The notes: generated by a model from the letters alone, not told the origin. A DNA stretch of 63,660 bases, filler included, from Klebsormidium nitens (GCA_000708835.1; 8 parts of 8 records of this genome joined end to end with filler, not necessarily neighbours in it); one strand, 5' to 3'; shown: positions 11,043 through 25,300, counted from the first letter of the whole stretch. Made by a program: numbers and translations.

Positions 11043-13255
11043 TCAACCCACATAATACATCGGGTTTGGCAGCTTGAAGGTTCTGGTCCCAGAAGCTGGC
11101 CCCTGGAGGTCGCTCCATTGGTCGCCCATGCCCCCATGTATCCGGAAACCCCGCAACACCAGCTCCTGTCGGTGTCGCGATTTGTAGAGAGCTGCCGGAT
11201 CGTGGATCTCTTCGGGCGTCCTATTTCAAAGAGAGAAGCACACCGGTCTGCGAATGTAGAACAAGATTCTTCTTGTGGCAACCAGTATGGGACCAAGGAG
11301 CCATTTGCTTACCTTCGAAGTCGGGTTTGAATCTAGTGACGTGTTGGCCGCCTGGACTCGGACCAATCCTTCTATCGTGCTGCTCGCGATTATCTTTAAG
11401 CCAGTCAGGCCCTGCCAGTCCTTCTCATGAAGGCTTAATTTAAGAGATAGCTCGAACCGCGCTTCTTCTATTTATGTTCGATGGCATCAGCTGTTGCAAG
11501 ATCGGAGAGATCATGATCGGCGCACACTTTGAGATGGACTCGTGAACTCATCCTCTCGACAGGCCCACCTGAGAGTCAGGCTTTGCCAGCCGCTGTAGCC
11601 CACGGCCAGAAGGTTTTCGATGGTGACGTTGCGCTGGGACTCGTCCCTCCCGGTGATGAACGCTATCTGCACGTGATCCGATGAATACGGTTCAACATCT
11701 GAAAGCGACAGATTTCTGGACGTTGCGTCGCAGCAATGCCTCTTGTTTTGGATTGGCACCTAAGAGGGACTTGCTCGATCAGTGCACAAGATTCCAAACT
11801 TCAGTCGGGGGGATCCCTGCCGAAGTCCTCTAGCTCCGCTTTCAGCTACACCCTTTTCGCACACGACTACGGCCTCCAAACACACACGCCCAAAGCGAAC
11901 CGCTCGTGACGTCAGCAACCCTCCTGCGATGGAGCACGGTCTCGCCTCACCTGCCAGCCCGCGCTCCTCATCTCGTGGAAGAGCGCGAGGGTGGGGGCGA
12001 GGGCCTTGGCGGTGCCTTCCAGGACCCAGCGGTCCCACACAGCCTGGACTGCGTCCGTCCACTCGTCTTCCCTGCGGGGCCTCAAATGCTGACGTCATGC
12101 GTCACGTCATGCGGACGTCAAATGCTGACGTCCCACTTCGGACGATCATCTGCGATGTCGGCTGACCTCGCCCAGCTTGAAGAAGCCTCTCCGAAACCCC
12201 TCAAATGCTGGCGTCACACACTTTGGAATCTAGCTGCGATGTCGGACTGAGCTAGCCCAGCTTGAAAAGGCCGCCTCGAAACTTCCTCAGATTGCAAGTC
12301 CGCAGATTATTTAGAGACCAACGCAATAGACTGCTCGAAGCAGGTCGTCCTGTTGTGCCAAACCGCTTCAGAAGAGCTTCTTCATCGGGCTTTAGGACTT
12401 GACCCGTTTCAATCTTATCTCCAATCCTCGGAGGGGTTGCAGCATTCTGGTACTTCGTGGGACTTTGGTTTTGAAAGAAGCTGCTCCTTTTTCGTACTTC
12501 ATCTGACGACATCGTCAAGAGCATTCCTCAGAGTTTTCGAAGCAGCCATGAAAGACTACCTCAAAAGATAGTGAGCCCAACTCACCCCCAGTGTGTGTAC
12601 ATCCTCTCAAAGAATGGGACGTTCGAAAGCGATGTCTCGTCGATGTCCAGCATCCAGAGATCCAGCCCGTCCGACGCTGGCGGTCCGAGAGTGTTGACGT
12701 AAGCTCGAACAGTCTCTACAACTGCCGCAAAGTCGGCCGCGTACTGCCCGTTCTCAGTGTAGTCTTTCACAAAGGAGCCGCACCCGGCTGGCACGACCCA
12801 GTCATTGAGGTTCCCAACTGCAGCAAGAAATGACTCAAGAGATTGCGTTGCACGGTCGATCATGAGGCAATCAGGCCTCTCTATTGGTGTGTCGGATAAG
12901 GCGACAGAGCTTTGAGGACATGTACGGGGGTGCAGGAACTACCTATTTCTGTGAGTCTTCAATATATTCAGACCGCAAAGACTCACGTCAAACAAGACAA
13001 CTTGGGTCTGTGAGTGCCCCATAACTGCAACTCCGTAGGTTAGAGACAGTCGCCTAAATTGAATGCGTCCTCACCTTCGATGTTTAGAAAGAAGCTTTTG
13101 CAGTCCTTGATCTGCGCACCATGGTTTTTATAATGGGCGAAGCACCATATCAGGGCGCCGCAGGCCAGGAGAAGCGTGCTCAGAAAAAAGGTAGCAGTGT
13201 AGAAAATAGTCCTCGACGGGACGGTCTTGATCCGAGCATCCCAGGAATCTGACAT
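11043..13255 (-). CDS. HAD superfamily class IIIB (plant VSP/APS1-type) acid phosphatase, 5 exons (13255-13075, 12817-12586, 12071-11951, 11666-11569, 11220-11043), about 269 aa
   Basis: N-terminal hydrophobic anchor; WMLDIDETSLSN (DxD motif), FITGR, LYKS..R..L..GFRI, GDQWSDL, FKLPNPMYY; all intron phases join without a frameshift. Confidence 0.93.
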
Positions 13256-13722
13256 GGATGCAGCTTAGTCAACAAATTTTACTTGGCAAGTGCCTTTTCC
13301 TGGAAAGTTAGGCAATCTGCAGAACTGTTTTGCATCAACAAAAAGCATTTGAACCGTCATTGCTGATTGACATGGAAATGTGGAAGGCTATATTCTATGG
13401 TCTTCAAGATGAGTTGAGAAGAGATCGAACAACGTGAGACCTGCGTTTATGCACAGGAGATGAACATCTTCAAGATCTAAGCTCATGCATGAACTTACTG
13501 CATCTTGATGGCGCCCCAGTTGGCAACTCACCCAAAAACGATTCCCATTTTGTCAGATGAAGCTCGCCCGCACGTGCGGGCTTAATCAACGCCTCCGAGT
13601 CCACTTCAGGAACAGAAGCATCCGCCATTCTACAGGCTATCTGCCCTGTTTAGGAGAAGCTCCCCAGCGTTTGCCCTTTCAGCTCAATCTATCGTTGCGT
13701 GCGTTGAGATCGCTCGTTGAGC

Positions 13723-13822
13723 GGGTTCAGGGGCAACGAATGTAACTCAGGAAGGACTGGCAAACTGTGATGGGGTTCAGGGGCAACAAATGTAACTCAG
13801 GAAGGAGTGGCAAATTGCGATG
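13723..13822. repeat. Tandem duplication, 2 x 50 bp
   Basis: GGGTTCAGGGGCAAC(G/A)AATGTAACTCAGGAAGGA(C/G)TGGCAAA.. occurs twice head to tail. Confidence 0.85.
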
Positions 13823-15339
13823 AAAATTTCCAAGAAATAAAGGGAAAGTCAAAGGCAGAGGGGCAGCTACCGTAGTGGTGCTTTGCGCCAATGCCCCGCC
13901 CTTTGGCAAAAACTTTTCTCTTGGCTCTGAGGGCACCTAATGTTCCTGCTTTGGATAGGGAAGTAAACGCCTTACCTGACCTGAAGCTCAATTGTTGACA
14001 GCTTACAGCATCAGCTCACTGGAAAAAAGGCCGGCCTAAATTAGCAAAGGTGATCTATGGGCCAACACTCAAACAAAATCAAAACCTTTAGATATGCCTG
14101 GGCTTGAGGCTTTCCTGAAGTTTCAATTGAAGCAATTCAAAGTGAGCTGGAAGAATGGTAAGCGAATCAAAAACCTGAGTTCCATAACAGCAGCTTCAAA
14201 GTGAAGCCTGAGGACAGTAGCAGCAAACAGACAGATTGGCATGTTAAGTTCATACACTTGCGAATCAGAGGACTCACAGCAGAGTAGGTTCGAATGAAGA
14301 AGGAAAAGTAAGGCAGTGCTGAACCACCAGATTCACAGCATTGGCCTTGGAATGACAGGCACAACAGGAAGGGCTTGGCTCTAGATCCAACCACCAGCTC
14401 AATTGCTAGCGAAGGTACCTCGAAAGTCACGAAGGAGAACAGATACATAGCCTTCGCTTAGACTTCACCAAACCAGATTGCCACTTTTCAGTTCTCATTG
14501 AAAACGACAATGAAAAGGGTGGTGCGATATGGATTGACCTCGAAAAGCAACGAATACTCGATACAGAGGGCGACATTGCGGTATGTATCGGCGAGAGGAA
14601 CGCACCCTTCTTTTCACAAGGCAGCTATGTAATGAAGTAAGTTAGCTGAGCAAGCTTCTTGCCCTGTGCTTGTAGAAGCAAGAAAGAGCTGAGCCCTATG
14701 TAAACTCCGCTGTCCGCTTGCCTTTGCAGCTGCCCATGCAGCCGGAAGTTTATCCAAGCAGACTCTCTTTGACACTTGAAATGCATATTAGAACCTCATA
14801 CAGAAGGAGAATCGGTCTAACAGTGCCAATCGCAAGGACCATCCGAGTCTGGGCGCCCACTCATTGTTCCGGTGTCCGCCGCGCGGGATGCAAGCGGATG
14901 CCAATGCCCACTCAATTGCCACTCAATAATAATATTAATTGCTCAGCCGGAGCAGGCAGATAGCTGCAATTGCAATGCCAATGGCGGAGACGCCAGTCTC
15001 TGCTCTAGCTTGAAATTGGATATTTCGCCTCAGCCTCAGGAGAATGTGAGGTTCTGACTGATCGCAGAGCTGTCCGACTAAGTCTACAGGTCTTCGAGCA
15101 GAGAGCCTGAGCAGTCAGGAGAGCATTCTTCTTGCGGGGGCCCTTTTGTGCGATCACAAATGGTCGTTACGAAGGTCACCAAAATCTGCTGACGGTGGAG
15201 TTTTTCTCTGACAGGATAATCCTTCCAGCCTTGAATCAACGAAACATCTTTGGCTTGAGTTCTGGTTCTCACATTCTCCGACCGTAAAAGCTTGGGGCCG
15301 TAGCCTCTTCAAACCAGGTCACGAGTCCCGCACATTAGA

Positions 15340-18300
15340 ATGGATCAGAGGATGGGCTATGGCGCGGGCCAGGGCGGCCCCGACAGAGGTGACGCATTCC
15401 GGCGGCCGGATCTGCAACAAACCCCACACACTATGCACTCGTCCGCCTTAGGAGCCTACGGTCTTCCTGCAAGCCCCTACGCACAGCACCTGCAGGCCTT
15501 TAACCCAGGGTTTGGCCTCTCCCCCGAGGGCTTAACCCAGGCCTTCCGCGGGCAGCTCAGCCCGAGCTCTCTACCCCACACTCCTGGCTTCGCCACACCC
15601 GACGCATATTTCCGTGATAGGGAGCAACTAGCGCATCTGCAGGCATTCGGCCATCTGAGCGGCGGGAATGCGGCTCAGCAATTTACGCCTGCGCGGGAGG
15701 GGTTGTTTGCAAACCCTGGGCAAACCCAGCCGCCCCCCCGGCAAGGGGACTCTGGATACGGCCCCCCAAACTCTTCAATGGAAGCTGAGATGTTGCGCCA
15801 GTTGCAGCAGGGCCTTTCAAATGCAGAGGGCATGTCGACACACGCGCCCGTGCCGGCCTCTCAAAACCAAGGCGGAGCTCGACCCCCACGAGAGCCAACG
15901 CCGCACCGAGAACAGGCGTTAAACAACACGCCGCAGACGGACCAGAATCGAGATCATGCACCGGCGGGGGAGGAGAACGGGGACGAGGGAGATGGCGAGG
16001 GGTCCGATGGGACGGAGGACGACTTTTACTACAAGAAAGAGAACGGGGGGGTGACGGAGCTGGCGCAGGTGGGGGAGGACCAGGTGGAGCTGCCGATCGA
16101 GCTGTTTGACCTGCCGTCGCTGAACCGGATACTGAGCATCCAGACGTGGAACCAGCACCTGAACGACGAGGAGCGGCTGCACCTGCTCAAGTTCTTGCCG
16201 CAGCTGCCGGACGTACACCTGCAGGTCAGGGCGTGTCCAAATGTGTCCAGACATGTCCGATGATGTCTGAAGACGTTGATTCTGGCGCGCTCCGCTTTTA
16301 CTAGGGTGGCCGGCGTTATACGGAGCGAATCTGGAGGGCTGCTGCTTGTCTTTGAAAAGCATGGTCTATGCCTGAAAAACTTTTCCGGATTTTGCGTGCT
16401 AGTTTTGCTTGGGCTTTGCGTTTGGAGTGGTGCAGACTTGGTGGTGGCTCTTAGTCTGATGCTTGAAGAGAAAGACAAGAATCCGTTTGTTTGTGTGGCT
16501 TCTGAGTTTCCCTCTTTGGAGCCTTGTATTTTCTCCCTTGCAATGTGTCAGGTTGCAGGATGTTACAATCGGGTTGTTGCTCCCAAGACTCTGCTACAAT
16601 CCGAAAGTTTTGCCAGAAGTCTTTGTCGTTTCTGCTCGTACAGTCTCCCGGCATATCCCCTGCGGGAACCACTGGTGATATTCTCCTACTCATCCACCTC
16701 AATTGTTTTCGTCCTGATGCCAGGAAAATGGGTTTCGCGGAAGCTGTCTTACCTTTTGTTCTTCTCAAACGAATTTTTAACGAGTCGCTGCACCTCATCC
16801 TAGTAAGCACGAAGCTCTAAAGTGAGTTCTAACACTTTTAGCTTCCCGCTTGCACAGGATACCCTGGACAAGCTGCTGAAGGGCGCCAACTTCAACTTCG
16901 ACAGCCCGATGCAAGAGCTTTGGGAGCGATTACAAGGAGGCGAGTGCAGCCCGCGCGTGGCGCGCTACGCGGAGGGGTTGCTGTATCTGCAGAAAAAGGA
17001 GCACACCCACAGGTCCGGATTATGAGGCTCAAGTTGCAGAAAGATTGGGATGTTTCTGCGAAGGCCTTCTGAAGACTGATTTTGATGCGCTTCTGAAGAC
17101 TAATTCCGGATAGTTGTTCAACCGATTTAGCGACTAGAGTAATTCTCGCTGAACAATTTCGAATTGCATCGGGTTTTTAAAGAAAGGGCCATCTTGAAGC
17201 TTGCTTGAAGCATCCTCTCTTTCTGACAGTTTTCCTTTTGACACGGTTGTCTACGAAACGGCCATGTCGAAGCTTGCTCGGAGTTCAATATGTTGACCCA
17301 GAGTTTTTGCGTTCACAGCCAGGTATTAGATGTGAATGTTCATCAAGTAATCTCTGGTGATCTTCTTGGAGCCCTTGCTTCCTGAACAGGCTACTCGGGC
17401 AGCGAGCTGTTTCTGACCTGCCTGGACAAAGCTACAGCGATCGGATTTCGCCTGTCCTCTTCTGGGATTGCTGTGCTAGACGCAAATGCTGTTGAACGAC
17501 TTTTGCCAGGTGTTAAACAACCACTCATCTCTCCTCGCTTTCATCCGCTCTTGAAGCGCAACTTCTCCCCTTCGTGTACCTACTTTCCAGCTTCAAAGCT
17601 GGATATCCCTCCTCAATGTCAAGTATCCAGACCATATTCCGCTGGTACGTTTCTTCCACAAACTTCGAAACTGACTTGTTTGATTATGCTCGTCCTCACG
17701 CTTGAAACGCTTTGTTCTTTGCAGGCTGCGAGAGTACCACAACAGCATGGTCAATAACCTGGTGCAAATGCGCTCCCTCTGGCAGCAGTTTCCCACTGCA
17801 GAGCTCCCCGAACGACTCGCAATGTGGGAGCGCTTCTCTCGCAACGAACCGTTGAACAAAACGGCGCCCCTGAAACCGCTTCCGCCTTCGTTAGAGCCTT
17901 CCACGGCTCAGGTTGATGGGGTCATTAAAAATGAAAGCGAGAGCGCAGAACCGGGAGAGAATGGTCTGGAGCAGGAACGACCAAAGAAGAAAGCTGCGAA
18001 GAAGAGCGTCGAGGGCGGCAAGAAAAGCGAGGAGGCGGGGGCGAAAACGAGTGCTGAAAAGAAGGGGGTAAAGGCGGAGTCCGAAAAGAAGGGGGACAAA
18101 GCAAGCCCGGAAAAGAAGGGGGGAAAGAGTAAGAAAGCGGTCGAGGATGCGCCAGCGGGAGGGGATGCGGAAATGGGTCACCAGGAAAAGGCGGTTAAGA
18201 AGGTTAAGCGGAAACAGCCGCCTAAAGAAGAGCCCGCCCCCGCCCCTAAAAAGGCGAAGCTCGATCTGGAAAAGGACCCCGAAGCAGAACCCTCGTCTCA

Positions 18301-21300
18301 AACCGAACCCCCGACTCAAATTGACGGCGAGTCTCAGTCATTCGAGCCTCTTCGCATTTTGGCCGCTGTTCGGGGGGCTCTTCTAGACAGTTCTTCGCCC
18401 GCTCTTTCGACGTCCGAAGTCGAGGCAGCTGTGCGGGAAACCCCGGGGGATCCCTCCGTGCTGTCCGCCCCGGGGTTTACGGAAATCGTACGGGCGGCGC
18501 TGCGGGCCCTGTCAACGAAGCCGGTCGATTTGAGGACGAAGAAAGCGCTGGCGAAGTTCGACAGGGAAACGAAAACATGGGCCTGGACAGGGCCCCGGCC
18601 GCTGGCGGACGAAGATCTAGGCGCGGCGGAAACGGGCGCAGGGGCGTGGCGCATCGAGCCCGAGTTTCAGAAACAGGTCGCGGACAACTTTGTGGCGCGG
18701 CTGAAGCAGCCGAAGAAAGAGCCCGTTTCTGAAGTGGCCGGAAACGCCGAAGCGGAAGAAGCACCGGCGCCGAGCGAAAGCGAGAAAGCGGAGCCGGCGG
18801 GGGGGTCCGGAAGAGGGGAGGAAGAGGAGGGGGGAAAGAAGCAGGTTAAGCGGCGGGTTAAGAAGGAAGAAGGGCAGGAGAAGGAAAAGGGGGGAGCAGG
18901 GAAGGGAGCGGTCGTGGCCCCTCCTCTGAAGTCGACGGCAGAGCAACTAGAAAGGTTCCAGAAGGAGGAGTGGATGCGATACATGGCGCCGGAAAAAGCG
19001 TTTAGGTGAGCGTCTGTTAAGAGAAAGCAGCATTGGTGGGACCCGCTCCGCAGGAAGCGCACTTACATCAGGAAAGAGCGAAAGGCGTTTGGCGAGCTTA
19101 GTAATGAGTCGGCATCTGAACCGTTGGCACAGCGGCCAGGTTTTTCTGTTTGGATCGATGCACTTGCTTGGCTGACATCCTAGTTCACATTGAGCAGGCT
19201 ATCGCATACCAGTAAGGTGTGCTTAGAACCTGAGAGCTCTCAATTGCTACACGATAGAACCCACTTTTTCCCGAATAGGAAAGACCACCTTTGATCAGAT
19301 AGTCAGACCGGATCCTTCCCTAACCACTTGACTTGAGGAATCCTATATCATTCGTTTCATTCCCTGAGCTGACCTGTGTTATGCCATCAAGCAGGCGCAC
19401 AAAGCACTACTAAAGCACACGAACTTCTACCTAATCCCGATCCTGACTGCTCTCTAACCCGGATCCTGACTCCCCCTGATTTCGATCCTGACTTCTCCCA
19501 AATCCGATCCTGACTGCCCCCTAACCCCGATCCTGACTTCTCCCTAACCCCGATCCTGACTTCTCCTAACCCCGATCCTGACCCCTTTCCAGGTACACAG
19601 CCGCCGACGGCGGCCTGTCAATGGTCGCCGGAATCCGCGGCGCCGGAAAAGGAAAGTCCAAAGGCAAAGCCCGCGAGCACTTTATGCTCAAAAGCGACCG
19701 GCCTCCGGAGGTCACGATCCTGTGCCTCGTGCGCGACGCGGCCGCGCGCTTTCATGACGGCGTGGGCACGCGTGCTGACGTGTGCAGCCTCATCCGAGAG
19801 AGCCGGTACATCAACGATGACGTACCGGAGAACCAGCTGAACAACGTGAGACGTCTGCCGATCCTAAGGTCTTCGAGACTGCCGACTTTAGGGTTCGCCT
19901 TTGTCTGCGGGCCGAAATTCGATCGAGGCTCTCCTCTGATTAGCCACCAGTTGGGCCAAAGTCATAGAGGAAAAGGGGGAGAAATGCTTCATCGTGTCCA
20001 CATATTTGGCTCTTAGTAATACAATTGAATCAGTTGCCTTTTCGTTGCATTGATGGGCTGTCTGTATTAAGTCCAGAGCTTACTCGAAGCTTTGCCTTTT
20101 CCGAGAATATCAAGAGCGAGACAGCCGCCACAATTCACCGGCTGTGTATACGCAAAAAACGGGTTCCACGACACTGTCGCGACGGGCGGACCGTTCAGAC
20201 TGCGCCTTTAGCTTGACAGTAGAGGATTGCAATTCGGTTGTGCAGAACAGCCGGCTCGCCAGGAACCAAGAGCGTGCATAAGGGGGACTGAATGTTCTTG
20301 TATGTTTTTCGAGGACACTGGATTCAGTTCTTGAACGCTTTTCAAGCAGAAACGTACCTGCTGACGCTCGTAGTCTGGAAATCATTGACCGCTGTTACTC
20401 TGAAAAGACCGTCAGCCGCGCGATGAATGGTCGCTCCGGTTCCAACAAGCCGACGGGTGCACGGAAGCAGAGCAAGGGGCCCTCGTCCGTCTCCCAACCG
20501 CTCCCGTGGCGTCCCTAGTAAGCAGCTGACGTCACTGCTGACGTCATCCTCTTGCGCAGATCGTGAGCGGCGCGATGGACCGGCTGCACTACGAGGCGGA
20601 CCCGTGCATCCGGTTCGACTCGGAGCGCAAGGTGTGGATCTACCTGCACCGCGACCGCGCCGAGGCGGACTTCCAGCAGGACGGCACCAAGAACACGCGC
20701 AAGTGGGCCGCCAAGCGCAAGAAGCCGGGCGACGACCAGGTAAACCGGTCTTTGGTGTTCCTTCTGTATGGGGAACTTCATTTTGGGCGATCTGACAGTT
20801 TCAACTGCGCTTTTGTCCGCATGAAAGGCCGTCGGTGCGTTGAAAGGAAGCGGGCCGCCAAGCGCCAGAAGCCGGGCGGCGACCAGGTAATTCGGCCATC
20901 TGACTGCCTTTGTCTTTTCTTTTCTCTTCGTTTCTTTTACTTTTTTACGAGGATAACGGGGGTACGAAGGTGGGGCAACAGCCGGCTTAGCGTCCTTCTA
21001 GTTGAGGACTATCGTGTGTTGGCGCTTGACAACTCCGTTTGCACGTTTCGCCCCTGGAAACGCCTGTTCGTCTTTTCAAAAGAAGTGGTGCCCCAAGCGC
21101 GAGAGGCAATCAGGTGTTACCCCAAGCTCGCGATTTCTGATCTTCTCAACCAACCCATCCCGAGAAGCAGGAGCCTAGCAACGACAGAGAAGGCTGCTAC
21201 TCCACTTTTGACCACAAGTAGGCTGCCGCTCCACTTGTCACATTCGCCGGTCCTTCTTATACGGCGTCGTCTTTTCGTCGGTTGCTTGGAAACAGCACGT

Positions 21301-22316
21301 CCATCATTGGCGCACCTTTAGGGCCGGCCTTGAAGAGGAGATTTCCTTTGCAGTGCGTCCTCTCCGCTTTTTGCTACTTCGGATCTGCTTTGCAGTCGTA
21401 CTGATCGACGCTCGCGATTCTCTGATGGCACTCTCCGCTGTCCGCTTGAGGACTTTCATTCTTCTTACCCGCGTATTGTCTTGCTTGATCCGAGGCCTAG
21501 TAGACGAAATGGCAGACTTGTTAAGAATCGCCGCGACATGGTCTGGTAGGACTCTGGCACCTCAAACCTGTTCTAAACACAGAAGGTTCAGGGGCATAGC
21601 TTCTAGAATCTTACTGATTACTCAGCTGCACCGGTGAGCGATTTTTTCCTTGAGTACTCCATAAACTTGCCGCCTTAAGCAAATCGGCTAGCTCACAGTG
21701 GTTACAAAGAAGAGGCTTATTCTGAAAGCTAAAGAAAACTGTCTCGACGTTGACTCAGACTTAGAACAACCAACACGTTGGACTTCTGCAGGAGGGGGAC
21801 GAGGACGAGGGGGATCCCCCGGAGGAGGCGGAAGAGAAGCCCAAGCCGAAGAAGCGGGCCAAGAAGGAGCCGACCCCGGGGGACGGCCCCGACCCGCCGA
21901 AAGAAAAGAAGAAGCGCAAATCCAAGGCGCAGCAAAAGGCGGAGGAGGCGGCGGCGGCGGAGCCTGCTGAGGAAAGGATGACGTCAGCAAAGGCGGAGGA
22001 GAGCGACTCGGAGGACCAGGTGCTGGCGGCGGGGTTGGGGCAGCGGGCGCGGTCGGTCTCGGAGAAACCGGCGGGGCGCGGCGAGAGCGAGGTGGACGGG
22101 CCGCCGATTGTGTACACCGGGGGGGTGAACGGGGGGGCGGAGTATGGGGGGGCGGTGGTTATGCAGCCGGTCGGGTATGTGAACGATAACGCGCCGTTGG
22201 AGTATCCGGGGAGTCAGCCGCGAAGGCTGATTGATTTGCAGGAGGTCGCGATGGATGAGGATGAGAACGAGGATGAGGAGGATGAGGAGGAGACGGATGA
22301 TGAAGGGACGCCGTAA
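15340..22316 (+). CDS. NFRKB: NFRKB (INO80 complex subunit), 6 exons (15340-16224, 16858-17012, 17725-19005, 19593-19845, 20560-20739, 21792-22316)
   Basis: DEUBAD-like ELFDLPSL..ILSIQTWNQHLNDEERLHLLKFLP; C-terminal winged-helix motifs RPPEVTILCLVRDAAARF..GTRADVCSLIRESRYI and VSGAMDRLHYEADPCIRFDSERKVWIYLHRDR; GT-AG junctions in phase. Confidence 0.92.
19430..19586. repeat. Intronic minisatellite, about 7 x 21-22 bp (CCGATCCTGACTTCTCCCTAAC-like)
   Basis: Degenerate tandem units directly upstream of the NFRKB exon 4 acceptor. Confidence 0.85.
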
Positions 22317-25300
22317 CCGGAGAGATGGTGCGCTTTTGGAGAGGCTGACGGAGTTGTTCTCGCGAGAGAGATATCAGTGAACGAAGATGCATGCGACTGA
22401 CAACATATGGTGATGCGCACGTATGCGCAAAGAGGGGTCAGCAAAATCTGCGGCACTGATACGTATTCATCCTACAAAGATTGTCACTGAATTGGGTCCA
22501 TTAATGATCCCACATCTATTTTGAGACACAGGCAGCTTTGGCAAGATGCTGCGCACCTGGTTCTCAGCCTACTGACTAGTCAAAGAACGCAAGCCAGCTA
22601 GCTGCGACATGGCATGACATCCGTGGCCCCACTCGATAGACAACATATGGTGCTAATCTCACTGCGCGGCTGACAGTCCGATCGACGCCGCGCCGGGCCT
22701 GGCATAATGATACTTTAACCTACTTGAGTGCATGCGGTTGGATCGACGTGGCATATTATGCAATCTGCATCTCCTTGCATCTTGCATGGCAGCCGTGGTG
22801 TCGGTTTGTTATGATACTCAAGCTATAGTGTCTGTAAGAATATTGATTGATCATGCAGAATATTTAGAAATTATTCTGTATACTCCAGCTAGAATTCCAT
22901 CCGTCGATATTCAAGGATCACAGCACGCGGTGAGCTAGAACAGCACTCGCGCGGGGGCTACTTATGTTTATACCGATCGGTCACCGCGATCGCTTCACTG
23001 ATGGCATGGCACACATCTGCAATTTGACGCTCACTTCCAGCCAGAGTCTGCCTGCAATCCAAGTCATCTGGTCATTCGGCGAGCGGCGAATAGCAGAATC
23101 AAATTGATACTTAACGACTGTACAATGCATGCCAATCTTTCAAAAACTGACGCTTCAGAAATAGTAAGATAGCCAGCCTGTGACGGGTGGGTTTAGTTTA
23201 GGGGTTAGGGCCGGTGACTTCGGGTGCGGAGCGGGTGATTTTGTGGGTCAGATTTTTAGTGTTAGTGTTAAAGCTTACTATCTTTGAGCTTAATATTCCT
23301 CAGTGAAGTGTCGCAACATCGATCTTTCCCCAAAGTCCAGAGCCCATATGAGAGCGGGCAACAACAATCCGTTAAACAATCAAAGAGCCTGCCGGTCAAC
23401 CATACTGGCACAACTCCGAATGTACGTGTCTACTTGATCTTCGTTTTTCGAGCTATCTTACAAGTCATGTTGTAATCCCAAACCTCGCAGTGGCATTGTT
23501 TCCTGGCTGTTGTGTGTTCTTTATACAAGTTCTGAACGGGCTCTTGATTTGACTCGGTCAAACGGTCTTCCTTCAAAGCAATGATTGACTTCTGTCTTTA
23601 AAACTATCCTTGCCTTTCGACAGGTACCTTGCATGTGCTGCGAATACAAAGCCCAAACCAAACACAATCAATCTTTACAGCTATAGTATGGGCGGCTTGA
23701 GCTTTCTAAGCAACTTGAGCCGACTTCATTACAGGCAGTCCCGACTTTTCCCAAGCTTGGAAACCCCCTCCAACGTCCGTTACATTCGTGAACTCCTGAA
23801 GAATCAGAGCCAATTGTAAACAGAGAGTGCAGAGAAACACACGTCCTAAGCTCGAAACACGCATGTTGCACATATGTGAGAAGTCTCCCGGCCAGAAGAA
23901 TCTACACGGGGCAATCAAGAGAGATCCTGAGATATCAATCAAGGGACAGGCTCTGTGAGACGGGCCTACTCATGGAACCGAGCGCCGACTGGAGAGGCAC
24001 TGCATGATCGTCCAACACTAAACATACCTCTCGCAAAAGCTCCGTAGTTGCTAGCATGGAACGCTTTCCACTCAAGCAGCCCTGAAAAGTGGAAATGAGA
24101 AAGTCAGCATCAGAAGATGGTGGCATCTTAAGCCCAGGTTACAGCCTCGCGCCCAAGATTCATCTCGCAATTATCTCAGCAGATTCTCCTGTACAGGNNN
24201 NNNNNNNNNNNNNNNNNNNNNNNNNNNNNNNNNNNNNNNNNTTAATTAATTAANNNNNNNNNNNNNNNNNNNNNNNNNNNNNNNNNNNNNNNNNNNNCTC
24301 AAACTGAGGGGTATGGCTGGTCTCGCTCAAAGTGCTCACGATTATCTACTGTGTTTGTTATCCGTATGTCCGGTCTCGCTCGCATTCTTCTGTTATTCCA
24401 TGGATGATTGGTGCCTCCGTTAGTATCTCGTGAGCCTCATGTCATGCTCACTTACCTGATGTGTAAGATGGTCCCGACAGCCCTCATACCTTTGATTCAT
24501 CTGGCATCGCCCAATGCACTCTGAAAAGCAGATTCAGATTGCACTGTGTACAGCCACTGTTGCTTGCTTGGCTATCTACTGCACACCAGTATCCAATGTT
24601 CTGCCTTAAACAGATCTTCAAGATATGAGTCGAAATGCAGAGATGATGTGCGGCGGATGCAAAGGGTGAAGGGGGGGGGGGCATTGTCCATGAGTTCGCT
24701 CGTGGTCACCTATCGTGCAACAAGGCTTCCGAAAACTATGTCATGCCATCTACTCATTCATCCATGACCATAGGGTTCAACTTGACCTTCCGTCTGGCTC
24801 GTGTCCATACTCATATGTGACAAACGTCCTTTGCGCAAAAGGGGGGAGAAATGCTCAGCAGACACAGCGAAAGCATTTCATGTTAAAGCTCTGGAACAAA
24901 TGTTCGATTTGCTCGTACAAAGTTCTGATGAAGAGCACACTCATGTTTGCAGCTTTTTCAATTCTTGGCCTCTCAAACAGGCTCAAGAAGCTACTAGAAG
25001 GATATAAGGAGGACGCTCCTCGAACGCAGAGCATGATGAAGCAATATCAGTGTTGCAGTATTAGTAAAGGTGGTATTCCCTGACAATGTTCAGATGTTTG
25101 CTTTATGACATCACATGACTTGCATGTTGGAGAGTTCCACAAACAAACGAGAATGAAAATATGTGGAGATAAGCAAACAGAGTGTTGTAAAAATCTAACG
25201 ATAAGTATGCCTGGTCAACTATGTGTGCTCAAGTATGCCTGGTCTAGCTTTCAACGTAACTAACAAAAGATATCTAATACTTCTCGGTATTCCAAATGGA

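Noticed and set aside
15919-22456. Long antisense and alternative-frame ORFs over NFRKB exons
   Set aside because: Shadow ORFs of GC-rich, low-complexity coding sequence.
22400-25300. Scattered short ORFs downstream of NFRKB
   Set aside because: No motifs or codon pattern to support a call.
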